From an uncultured Rubrivivax sp. (GTDB taxonomy: Bacteria; Pseudomonadota; Gammaproteobacteria; Burkholderiales; Burkholderiaceae_C): a stretch of DNA of 64,000 bases. The stretch covers positions 2,625 to 66,624 of the forward strand of contig CAYJOA010000004.1 in assembly GCA_964371495.1 (NCBI GenBank). The letters run 5' to 3'. Shown piece by piece: positions 34,330 to 41,982 of the stretch (position 1 is the stretch's first letter; every line of letters starts with the position of its first letter). Below the pieces are notes generated by a model. The model ran no database searches. It was given only the letters and a program-made list of their open reading frames with translations, and was not told the origin of the DNA. The translations under genes and the position numbers were made by a program.

Positions 34330-34865
34330 GTCGTCTCGTCTTTTCGGCCGGCATGGCCGCAGACGCTGCCATCGGGCTCGAACGTCACCTGACACACCGT
34401 CGTCAGGCGTTCGCGCAGCCGCTGTCGGGCACGCAACAGCCGTGACTTCGCGGCCGGCAGACTGAGGCCGTGCACATGGGCAAAGGCGATCTGGGTCTGG
34501 CCTTCGAGGTCGCAGGCGCGCAGGATGGCGGCGTCTTCGGGCGGCAACTCGCCCAGCGTGCGCGCTACGCACTCGGACAGTGCATCGATGGGCGCGATGG
34601 GCTCCGAGTTGAGCGGCGTGCTCTCGGTCAGTTCGTCGGTCAGGGGCTCGAGGGTCTGCGACGCGCGCAAGCGGTCGACGACGGCATTGCGCGCCACTTG
34701 GAACAGCCAGGCGCGCGGGTTGTCCAGCGTGCAGAAGGCGCAGCCCTGCCTCATGGCCTTCACGAAGACGTCCTGCAGCACGTCATCGGCGGCCTCGGCG
34801 TCGGCCATGCGGTGGCGCAGGTAACCGCGCAGTTCGGCCTCGTGGGCCTCCCAGGCGCGGGCCAC
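34326..34865 (-). CDS. ECF-type sigma-70 factor with Cys-containing C-terminal extension
   Basis: Region 2 (DVLQDVFVKAM...NPRAWLFQVARNAVVDRLR) and region 4 (LPPEDAAILRACDLEGQTQIAFAHVHGLSLPAAKSRLLRARQRL), then ...TTVCQVTFEPDGSVCGHAGRKDETT. Start assumed at GTG 34865. The longer ORF overlaps arsM. Confidence 0.7.
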   Translation of the reverse strand: MARAWEAHEAELRGYLRHRMADAEAADDVLQDVFVKAMRQGCAFCTLDNPRAWLFQVARNAVVDRLRASQTLEPLTDELTESTPLNSEPIAPIDALSECVARTLGELPPEDAAILRACDLEGQTQIAFAHVHGLSLPAAKSRLLRARQRLRERLTTVCQVTFEPDGSVCGHAGRKDETT

Positions 34866-34932
34866 GCACGTGAATGCGCCGGCCGCGCCGCCGCCGCTAC
34901 CGTCCCTGGCAGTTGCGCGATTCAGGGCGGGA

Positions 34933-35916
34933 TCAGCTGCCACAGCAGGTGCTGGGTCCGCAGCAGGGCGAGGCAGCCGTTTCCGATGCGCTGGCCGCAG
35001 CGGGCGCCGTGCCCATCGCAGTCGCCGCTGGGGTGCCCGCCGCCGAAGCCTGCGTGCCGGCCGGCTTGGTGGCGCGGATGAAGCCGCTGGCGAATTTGCC
35101 ATCGACCTGCGCGGCGAGTTGCTGCATGTCGGCACTTTGTGCCGCGAGGAATTCACGCGCATCGTCGACGCCGTATACGCGCGTGATCTCGATGCCAGCG
35201 TCGGTGAAGCCGGCGCGCGCGAGCTTGTCGAGGTAGTCGCGGTCCGACAAGGCTCCGGCCACGCAGCCGATCCACAACTCCATGTTCCTGCGCATCGCGG
35301 GCGGCACCTCGCCGCGAACGACCACATCCGACACCGCGAAGCGGCCGCCGGGCTTGAGCACGCGGAAGGCCTCGGCCAGCACGCGGTCCTTGTCGGCCGC
35401 CAGGTTGATGACGCAGTTGGAGATGATCACGTCGACCGAATTCGCCGGCAGCGGGATGTGCTCGATGTCGCCCTTGAGGAAGTGCACGTTGGCCAGGCCG
35501 CTCTTGCGCTTGTTCTCCTGGGCCAGCGCCAGCATCTCGTCGGTCATGTCCACGCCGTAGGCGACGCCCGTGGGGCCAACGCGGCGGGCCGACAGCAGCA
35601 CGTCGATGCCGCCGCCGGAGCCGAGGTCGAGCACGGTCTCGCCGGGTTTCAGTTCGGCCAGCGCCGTGGGGTTGCCGCAGCCCAGCGACGCCAGCAGCGC
35701 GGTGTCGGGCACGGCATCGGCCTGCACGGCGTCGTAGAGGTTGGCGGTGATCGGATCGCTGCCGCCGATGGTGGCGGGGGCCGCACCGCAGCAACTGCTG
35801 ACGGCGCCGCTGCCGCAGCAACTGGCGCCTGACCCCTCCGTAACTCGCTTGGCCGCCTCGCCGTACCTTTGCCGCACGACTTCCCTCACGTCGCTGTCGC
35901 TGTCCGTCGTCGTCAT
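34933..35916 (-). CDS. arsM: Arsenite S-adenosylmethionine methyltransferase
   Basis: 327 aa. SAM-MTase motif VLDLGSGGGIDV, conserved Cys (GCGNP, NCVINL, IGCVAG). Cys-rich N-term (SCCGSGAVSSCCG) and C-term (SPCCGPSTCCGS). Confidence 0.9.
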   Translation of the reverse strand: MTTTDSDSDVREVVRQRYGEAAKRVTEGSGASCCGSGAVSSCCGAAPATIGGSDPITANLYDAVQADAVPDTALLASLGCGNPTALAELKPGETVLDLGSGGGIDVLLSARRVGPTGVAYGVDMTDEMLALAQENKRKSGLANVHFLKGDIEHIPLPANSVDVIISNCVINLAADKDRVLAEAFRVLKPGGRFAVSDVVVRGEVPPAMRRNMELWIGCVAGALSDRDYLDKLARAGFTDAGIEITRVYGVDDAREFLAAQSADMQQLAAQVDGKFASGFIRATKPAGTQASAAGTPAATAMGTAPAAASASETAASPCCGPSTCCGS

Positions 35917-35928
35917 CTCATGCCTCCA

Positions 35929-36435
35929 TCAGTTGCGGCCGATCTCGGCCAGTGCGTTGTGCAAGCCGCTGCGGTTCATCGTCTCGAGTGGCAGTGCCAG
36001 CAGTTGCAGCATGCGGTAGCCGATGGCCAGCCTTGTCAATTCGAAGGCGCGGCGCTTGCCCGCGTCGCCCCCCTCGGCGTTGGACGGATCGGGGTAGCCC
36101 CAGTGCACCTTCACCGGCTGGCCTCCGGTGCCGCCGAAGAAGACCGGGCAGGTCTCCGCGGCTGCGCTGTCGCACACGGTGATCACGATGGAAAGAGGCG
36201 GCGCGCCATCGCGGCTGAATTCGTCCCAGGTCTTGCTGCGGTACGCCGTGGTATCGATGCCCGCGTTGTTCAGCGCCTCGATCGCGAACGGGTTGATGCG
36301 GCCGCTGGGCGCGCTGCCGGCGCTGTGTGCCTTGACGTCACGGCCGAGCTTCTTTGCCCAATGGTCGAGCATGCCCTCGGCCAGCACGCTGCGGGCCGAG
36401 TTGTGGGTGCACAGGATCAGGACATGTGTGGTCAT
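35929..36435 (-). CDS. arsC: Arsenate reductase, LMW-PTP/thioredoxin-coupled type
   Basis: Start at ATG 36435. LILCTHNSARS P-loop (CX5R), downstream VCDSAAAETCP Cys pair. Confidence 0.88.
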   Translation of the reverse strand: MTTHVLILCTHNSARSVLAEGMLDHWAKKLGRDVKAHSAGSAPSGRINPFAIEALNNAGIDTTAYRSKTWDEFSRDGAPPLSIVITVCDSAAAETCPVFFGGTGGQPVKVHWGYPDPSNAEGGDAGKRRAFELTRLAIGYRMLQLLALPLETMNRSGLHNALAEIGRN

Positions 36436-36439
36436 CCGT

Positions 36440-36940
36440 CTAGGCTCCACTCTTGCCGATCTGGTCGATCTCGCGCTGCAGCGCCATGCCGGCGAGTGAC
36501 TGCAGGGGCAGGGCCAGCATGAGGTCGATGCGTCGCTTGAGAACCAGCGCTGCGTCCATGAAGGCTCTGGCCTTTTCCTCGTCGCTCCCTTCGAAGGCAG
36601 CCGGGTCAGGGACACCCCAGTGGGCCGTCATCGGCTGGCCCGGCCACACCGGGCAGACTTCGCCGGCCGCCTTGTCGCAGACCGTGAAGACGAAGTCGAA
36701 CACGGGTGCGCCCGGCTTCGCGAATTCGTCCCAGCTCTTACTTCGAAAGCCGTCTGCGGGGATGTGAAACTGCTTCAGCGTCGACAGCGCAAGGGGGTTC
36801 ACCGCACCGTTCGGGTGACTGCCCGCGGAGAATGCCATGAAGCGGCCGCGGCTGGCGTGCGTCAGCAAGCCCTCGGCCAGGATCGAGCGCGCGGAGTTAC
36901 CCGTGCAGACGAAGAGGACGTTGTAGACCTTGTCGTTCAC
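36440..36940 (-). CDS. arsC: Arsenate reductase, LMW-PTP/thioredoxin-coupled type (second copy)
   Basis: Start at GTG 36940 (VNDKVYNVLFVCTGNSARS). VCDKAAGEVCP Cys pair. Confidence 0.88.
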   Translation of the reverse strand: MNDKVYNVLFVCTGNSARSILAEGLLTHASRGRFMAFSAGSHPNGAVNPLALSTLKQFHIPADGFRSKSWDEFAKPGAPVFDFVFTVCDKAAGEVCPVWPGQPMTAHWGVPDPAAFEGSDEEKARAFMDAALVLKRRIDLMLALPLQSLAGMALQREIDQIGKSGA

Positions 36941-36948
36941 CGCCCACC

Positions 36949-37479
36949 TCAGCAGCAAGCCGACGAAGACTTGACCGCGATACCGACCGGCTTGCCGCGT
37001 GGCGCGGGGGCGCAGCAGGCGGCTGGCTCGGCGATCGAGGCAGTGGCAGTGGCCGCCACGGCCGGGGCGCAGCAGGCGGACTGCGTGCCCTGCGGGCCGG
37101 CCGCCTCGTTGAACACCGGGATGTTGCCCAGCGTGTGGAAGTGCTCCCAGGCGATGCCTTGCGGGTCCGTCACCCAATGCTTCTCGCTGCGCGCGTAGCA
37201 GCAGGTGGTCTCGCCCTCGTCGAGCAGCGCCATATCGGCCGCCTGGGCGCGCCCCTTCAGGGCGGAGAGCTCCGCCGCGTCGTCGGTCTGGATGCCGAGG
37301 TGGTCGATGCCGGGCTGCGTGCCGCGCGTGGAGATCGCGAAGTTCACGGGCGGGTCCTCGAGCATCCACTTCCCGTAGTCGCTTTCGGTGCGTGCCGGCT
37401 CGGCCGCAAAGAGCTTGCTGTAGAAGCTGATGCTCTTGCCGAGGTCGTCGACGTGCAGGTGCACATGGAAGCGCTTCAT
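36949..37479 (-). CDS. arsI: ArsI-type C-As lyase (glyoxalase/VOC fold) with triple CC tail
   Basis: MKRFHVHLHVDDL...IDHLGIQ...EGETTCCYARSEKHWVTDPQGIAWEHF (vicinal Cys pair as in ArsI). Tail ...SACC..AACC..SSACC. Confidence 0.8.
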   Translation of the reverse strand: MKRFHVHLHVDDLGKSISFYSKLFAAEPARTESDYGKWMLEDPPVNFAISTRGTQPGIDHLGIQTDDAAELSALKGRAQAADMALLDEGETTCCYARSEKHWVTDPQGIAWEHFHTLGNIPVFNEAAGPQGTQSACCAPAVAATATASIAEPAACCAPAPRGKPVGIAVKSSSACC

Positions 37480-37492
37480 GGGTTTCTCCGAT

Positions 37493-37819
37493 TCAACAGG
37501 TGGAACAGTCGGGCGCTGCCGTGGTGTCGCAAGCCACGCCGTGGCAGCAGTGCGCGGTGAGGTAGGCCAGCAGGTCGTTCATCTGCCCGAGCGCGGGCCG
37601 GTAGATGAGGTTGCGGCCGTCGCGCTGCTGCGTCACCAGGCCGGCGTGCATCAGCTCCTTCAGATGGAAAGACAGCGTTGACGCCGGCACGTCCAGCGTG
37701 GCGGCCAGCGCCCCCGGCGTCATGCCTTCGGGCCCGGCGCCGACCAGGGCGCGGAAGACGCGCAGCCGCATGCCCTGGGCCAGCGCGGCGAGCGAGGCGA
37801 CGGCGGATTTCTCGTCCAT
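37493..37819 (-). CDS. arsR: ArsR/SmtB-family metalloregulator with C-terminal Cys cluster
   Basis: wHTH ...MTPGALAATLDVPASTLSFHLKELMHAGLV...RNLIYR.... C-terminus HCCHGVACDTTAAPDCSTC. Confidence 0.88.
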   Translation of the reverse strand: MDEKSAVASLAALAQGMRLRVFRALVGAGPEGMTPGALAATLDVPASTLSFHLKELMHAGLVTQQRDGRNLIYRPALGQMNDLLAYLTAHCCHGVACDTTAAPDCSTC

Positions 37820-37828
37820 GGCGTTTCC

Positions 37829-38893
37829 TCAGCAGCGCGCGGGCAAGGCGACCGGGGCGAAGTAGCGGCGCTTGAAGGCCAGCGCCACGTGCACCAGCCC
37901 GATCATCACCGGCACCTCCACCAACGGCCCGATGACCGCCGCAAAGGCCACGCCCGAGTTGATGCCGTAGACCGCGATGGCCACCGCGATGGCGAGCTCG
38001 AAGTTGTTGCTGGCCGCGGTGAACGACAGCGTGGCGCTCTTTTCGTAGTTCGCGCCCAGGCGACGGCTCATGAAGAAGGAGAACACGAACATGATGACGA
38101 AGTACAAAAGCAGCGGAACTGCGATGCGCACCACGTCGAACGGAATCGTCACGATCAGCTTGCCCTTCAGGCTGAACATGACGACGATGGTGAAGAGCAG
38201 CGCCACCAGCGTGATGGGGCCGATCTTCGGCACGAAGCGCGTGTGGTACCACTCCTTGGTGACGAAGCGCAGCATGATCACGCGCGTCAGCACGCCGGCA
38301 ATGGCCGGGATGCCGAGGTAGATGAAGACGCTTTGCGCGATCTGGCCGATGGAGATGTCGATCACCGAACCCGACAACCCGAACAGCGGCGGCAGCACGG
38401 TGATGAAGAACCAGGCATAGACGCTGAAGAACAAGACCTGGAAGATCGAATTGAAGGCCACCAGGCCGGCGGCGTATTCGGTGGAGCCCTTGGCGATCTC
38501 GTTCCAGACGATGACCATCGCGATGCATCGCGCCAGGCCGATCATGATCAACCCGACCATGTACTCGGGCTTGTCGGGCAGGAAGATGATGGCCAGCGCG
38601 AACATCAGCACCGGACCGACGATCCAGTTCTGCACCAGCGACAGCCACAGCACCTTCACGTCGCGAAAGACGTCGGGCAGTTCCTCGTAGCGCACCTTGG
38701 CGAAGGGCGGGTACATCATGAGGATGAGGCCCAGCGCAATGGGCACGTTGGTGGTGCCGACGTTGAATCGGTTGATGAAGTCCTCGATGCCGGGCACGAG
38801 GTAACCCAGGCCCACACCCAGCGCCATGGCGGCGAAGATCCACACGGTGAGGTAGCGGTCCAGGAACGAGAGCTTCTTGGTCAGGTTGCTCAT
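37829..38893 (-). CDS. acr3: Arsenite efflux permease ACR3
   Basis: 354 aa: [31 protein letters not shown]...[22 protein letters not shown], typical of Acr3. Confidence 0.92.
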   Translation of the reverse strand: MSNLTKKLSFLDRYLTVWIFAAMALGVGLGYLVPGIEDFINRFNVGTTNVPIALGLILMMYPPFAKVRYEELPDVFRDVKVLWLSLVQNWIVGPVLMFALAIIFLPDKPEYMVGLIMIGLARCIAMVIVWNEIAKGSTEYAAGLVAFNSIFQVLFFSVYAWFFITVLPPLFGLSGSVIDISIGQIAQSVFIYLGIPAIAGVLTRVIMLRFVTKEWYHTRFVPKIGPITLVALLFTIVVMFSLKGKLIVTIPFDVVRIAVPLLLYFVIMFVFSFFMSRRLGANYEKSATLSFTAASNNFELAIAVAIAVYGINSGVAFAAVIGPLVEVPVMIGLVHVALAFKRRYFAPVALPARC

Positions 38894-38927
38894 GGCAGAT
38901 TGGCGGTCAGAACATCCGAAGAAGTGA

Positions 38928-38948
38928 ATACTTCAACAATTCAAGTAT
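38928..38948. promoter_or_regulatory. AT-rich 9-bp inverted repeat upstream of acr3 (candidate ArsR operator)
   Basis: ATACTTCAA-caa-TTCAAGTAT (8/9 complementary), 35-55 bp upstream of the acr3 ATG in an otherwise GC-rich context. Confidence 0.4.
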
Positions 38949-39171
38949 GTTGGAAGAGTAGCAGAAATGCAACCCCGCAACAACGCCGGGCAAGCCCGGC
39001 GCAACCTTGGGCAGCTGTACCGCGTATGGCTGCCGCTCGGGTCAGCGCCGATGACCGACCCGAACGTCGGCTTGATGGCGCATACCGTGAGTACGCCCGC
39101 CGGCGGCGACCGGCTCCTTACGCTGCGCTGCTGCCGATCCGGCGGCAACCGCGAAGGACAGCAGTGGGTCG

Positions 39172-39246
39172 CAATGCATAGATGCCGACTATGCGTAGTT
39201 CGATCCTGCGGTTCCTCGACAGGACGAGCCACGAGCTACGCATAGT
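39172..39246. repeat. Cluster of 10-bp palindrome-type motifs (consensus CTATGCATAG), copies 1-3
   Basis: caATGCATAG (39172-39181), CTATGCGTAG (39189-39198), CTACGCATAG (39236-39245). ACTATGCGTAG at 39188-39198 is the exact reverse complement of 39236-39246. Confidence 0.75.
39194..39218 (+). other. tRNA T-arm/acceptor-like fragment (possible relic attachment site)
   Basis: CGTAG-TTCGATC-CTGCG folds as a 5-bp stem with a canonical TTCGAxC T-loop, followed by GTTCCTCG. No matching 5' acceptor strand or anticodon arm was found upstream. Confidence 0.3.
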
Positions 39247-39478
39247 CTCGGGCCGCCCGCGCGCACGCCGGAGCAGGCACTGGCATGGCCCAGGAGCTGC
39301 TGCGCCACGCCTTCATTGGCCCACCCGAGGTGGCGGGGACCGCGGCCGAAACCAGTAGCCCCGTCGTTCGCTTGAGCACGACCTCGAGTGCCTGCCGTGG
39401 GCGAACGCAACTATGCAGAACAGCCATCTTGATGTCGCGCCCAAATGTCCTCGTGAGGCATGCTGATCGGATCGCCAT

Positions 39479-39505
39479 CTACGCATAGTTGAGCACTATG
39501 CATAG
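39479..39505. repeat. Cluster of 10-bp palindrome-type motifs, copies 4-5
   Basis: CTACGCATAGT (39479-39489, identical to 39236-39246), 5-nt spacer, then ACTATGCATAG containing the perfect palindrome CTATGCATAG (39496-39505). Confidence 0.75.
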
Positions 39506-39608
39506 GGGTCGTGAAGAGCCCTTCGATCTGCCGCCCGACAGCAGACACCCCGTTCCTGACTCTCCGCGCCGCGCGATCGAAAAGGGCAGAACAAAGCGCC
39601 GCATCACA

Positions 39609-40388
39609 CTACCTGCGGGCCGCGGCCTTTTGAATGATGGTGAGTTCCGGCAGGACATCTCGGTACTCCGGAATGAGTGCGTTCAAGCGCGAGATGCGAT
39701 GGCCCTCGTCGGCAATCAAGACAGCAAAGAGAGCCGCAGCCATAGTCGAAATCGCGTTCGATGTCTCGATGACCTGAAGCACCAGCGGCAGGGGGAAGCC
39801 TTCGCTGTGACGCTTCAGAGGCTGGAAGCCACCATGGACAAACGAGTTCAGGCTGTGGCGCAGCACTTGATCGACTCGGCCGACCTCGTCGACGAGGACG
39901 CGAGGCGCGTTACAGCCTTCTTTGCGAAGGGCCTTGAGCATGTCGCCGTACACGGCAACCTTGCGGGCCTGTGCGTCGGCCTCGATCGTGAGTCCGCGCT
40001 CAAGTGCCTCGATGTCCTGTTCTGATGCGGCGTAGATTGCCCAGGCGCCCCGGAGCATGGATTCGAATTGCATGCGCAGCGTGGCGGTGGCCGTGTTGGG
40101 GTTGCCACGAGCCATCAGGACGAGCAGAGAGTCCCCATGCTCCATCGAGAGGCCAATGGCGGCCGTCGCGACGTCCGTGCCGTGCAGATCGATGACCTCA
40201 AGGCCTTCGTCGTCCAGAGCCAGCGTCTGCGCCATTGCCTCGTGCAACTGGCCAGAGCGCTGCAGCTTCCGGTCAATCAGTTCGTCGGCCTCTCCGGCTC
40301 CGATTCCGCTGGCCATGCGCGATAGAAACTTCTTGCTTGCTGTTGGTGACGATCGCGAAGCCTGATCACCGGTTCGCGAAAGCCGCAC
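39609..40388 (-). CDS. Hypothetical cytoplasmic helical protein, no family recognised
   Basis: 259-aa ORF (alternative ATG at 40316), codon usage looks coding, no TM or signal peptide. Downstream of and possibly overlapping the HTH-REC gene. Confidence 0.5.
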   Translation of the reverse strand: MRLSRTGDQASRSSPTASKKFLSRMASGIGAGEADELIDRKLQRSGQLHEAMAQTLALDDEGLEVIDLHGTDVATAAIGLSMEHGDSLLVLMARGNPNTATATLRMQFESMLRGAWAIYAASEQDIEALERGLTIEADAQARKVAVYGDMLKALRKEGCNAPRVLVDEVGRVDQVLRHSLNSFVHGGFQPLKRHSEGFPLPLVLQVIETSNAISTMAAALFAVLIADEGHRISRLNALIPEYRDVLPELTIIQKAAARR

Positions 40389-41223
40389 TGAACTGACTCG
40401 CCGCGATCGAGGCGGTCACCGGCTTTTGCAGGAACAACAGCCCATGTTGCTCGATGGCTCCGACCAGGTCCTTCTCATCGACTTCCTTGCTACCGGCCTT
40501 GCCGGTCAGCAGGGCAATCGGGCATGTGGCGCTCTGGCTTCGCAGCTTGGCGACAAGCGCCTCGGCCGTGCCGTTCGGCAGAACCCAGTCGATCACGTAG
40601 GCGTCGAAGCTGTCGAACTGCAGGGCGGCTTCGAGTTGCGCTTCGGTTGCAAACGCCGTGGCCTCGAAGCCCAACTCAACCAGGCCGGCCGCAAGGCTTC
40701 GGGCAACGTCGATGTCGTCGTCGAGGATCGCAAAGCGGCGTGGCCGGTCCGGCTTCGGCTCGATGATGAGCCGCCGTACCGTGCAGGCCTGCGGTGTCGG
40801 CGTATCGCCGGCCACCATCACCACCCACTCGGACCCGCCTTTGATTGCGATGAGGTCGCCCGGCCGATGCTGCGCCAGAGGCTGACCTGGCCAGAGCCGG
40901 CAGGTGACGCGCAGCGGCCCGGCAATGAGCAGTGCGGTCTCGTAGTCCGCTGACTTCTGTTCGCCGAAAAGGTCCACCAGGGTCTCGCCGTGGTGTGTCG
41001 CGACCGTCTGAAGCTCCTCCAGCGACCAGGGGGCGATCCCCGTCATGCGCCGGTGGGCCTGGTGGTACGACAGGCTGAGCAGACCGCCGATGTGTGCCGA
41101 GTGCCTGTGCCTCGGGAGGCCGGCCCTGTCGAGCAGCGCCCGGATGCAGGTGGCGGCAAGGGAACCCTGGGCCTCACCCTTTGCTGGCTCCGGGGGCGTT
41201 GGTGCGGCAGAACGAGTGTTCAC
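40366..41223 (-). CDS. Atypical response regulator: N-terminal HTH-like region, C-terminal receiver (REC) domain
   Basis: The C-terminal ~120 aa carry all REC landmarks: ILDDD, phospho-acceptor YVIDWVLP, LLTG, QKPV. N-terminal ...SAHIGGLLSLSYHQAHRRMTG... is HTH-like. No kinase gene nearby. Confidence 0.65.
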   Translation of the reverse strand: MNTRSAAPTPPEPAKGEAQGSLAATCIRALLDRAGLPRHRHSAHIGGLLSLSYHQAHRRMTGIAPWSLEELQTVATHHGETLVDLFGEQKSADYETALLIAGPLRVTCRLWPGQPLAQHRPGDLIAIKGGSEWVVMVAGDTPTPQACTVRRLIIEPKPDRPRRFAILDDDIDVARSLAAGLVELGFEATAFATEAQLEAALQFDSFDAYVIDWVLPNGTAEALVAKLRSQSATCPIALLTGKAGSKEVDEKDLVGAIEQHGLLFLQKPVTASIAASQFSAAFANR

Positions 41224-41304
41224 TGCACACCTCGTGGCGATTCATTGCTTATCACGCAACTTTTTGTCTTCATGAGCGCGTCCATATCGTGTAACAGATA
41301 ATCT

Positions 41305-41319
41305 GTGCGTGCTACGCAC
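41305..41319. promoter_or_regulatory. Inverted repeat GTGCGT-gct-ACGCAC in the divergent promoter region between the HTH-REC gene and the T4SS operon
   Basis: Perfect 6-bp arms with a 3-nt spacer, inside a locally AT-rich 170-bp intergenic region. Confidence 0.3.
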
Positions 41320-41391
41320 GTTTTGCTCTGCTACATTGTCTTTTCCCGCCACTGTATGGCGTCAGGTCTTCACACCAGCGAGAGGTTGGCA

Positions 41392-41982
41392 ATGAAAGCA
41401 CATTTCAACACCGTAATCCGGCCGTTCGCGCGGCTCGTGAGACTTGCTGCCCCTTTCGGCGTCGTTCTCGGCCTCGGCCTGGGACTCAGCGGCCCGGCGC
41501 ACGCGGTCGACGGCTGCAAGCTCTTGCTGTGCATGGCGGGCAACTGGCAGAACATCAGCCAGTGCACGCCCACTGTGCGGCAGGCCCTACGCGACGTGGC
41601 GCGCGGACGCGGCTGGCCCACCTGCAGCGTGGGCGGCAACAGCGCCAGCGGCAACCAGTACGTGGCGCCCGAGCAGTGCCCGGAGCAGTACATCACCAAC
41701 GCCGGTACCGACGAGAGCGGCCGGACCATCTACAGCTGCCCCTTCAGCGGCGTGATCCATGTCGCCGTCGAAGGACGGCCGTGGTCGCGCACCTGGTGGT
41801 CCCCGTCGGGTGACTCGGTGGTCGAGTGGCTGCCCGCCGCGAAAGCTGCGTTCGCCAACTCGCCGGATGCCATGGACGAGCGGTTCGACCGCGATCACGC
41901 AGCGTGGGTCATCAGTGAACAGGTCCGGCTTGCTGCCGAGGCCGCTGCTGCGGCAGCAGCCGCCCAAGGGGGCGGCGGGTGA
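41392..41982 (+). CDS. TrbM/KikA-like secreted conjugal-transfer protein
   Basis: Start at ATG 41392 with GAGAGG RBS. Signal peptide, then VDGCKLLLCMAGNW (the CxLLLC motif recalled for TrbM family). First gene of the T4SS operon. Confidence 0.5.
   Translation: MKAHFNTVIRPFARLVRLAAPFGVVLGLGLGLSGPAHAVDGCKLLLCMAGNWQNISQCTPTVRQALRDVARGRGWPTCSVGGNSASGNQYVAPEQCPEQYITNAGTDESGRTIYSCPFSGVIHVAVEGRPWSRTWWSPSGDSVVEWLPAAKAAFANSPDAMDERFDRDHAAWVISEQVRLAAEAAAAAAAAQGGGG

Noticed and set aside
34866-35327. Long N-terminal extension of the ECF sigma ORF (333 aa as listed)
   Set aside because: The extension overlaps the 3' part of arsM in another frame and is Arg/Pro/Ala-rich. Sigma region 2 begins just after the in-frame GTG at 34865.
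37889-39181. 430-aa plus-strand ORF opposite acr3, extending into the non-coding junction
   Set aside because: His/Asp/Arg/Gln-rich repetitive translation. acr3 on the minus strand is unambiguous.
39100-39218. A complete tRNA gene ending at the T-arm-like sequence
   Set aside because: No 5' acceptor strand complementary to GTTCCTC, and no convincing D-arm or anticodon arm, could be found in the ~80 nt upstream on either strand. Only a 3' fragment is plausible.
38933-39488. Small ORFs (60-99 aa, both strands) in the 38.9-39.6 kb junction
   Set aside because: Overlapping, Arg/Pro/Cys-rich, with no RBS or coding-like codon bias. Several terminate in the TAG of the palindromic repeats. Treated as non-coding.
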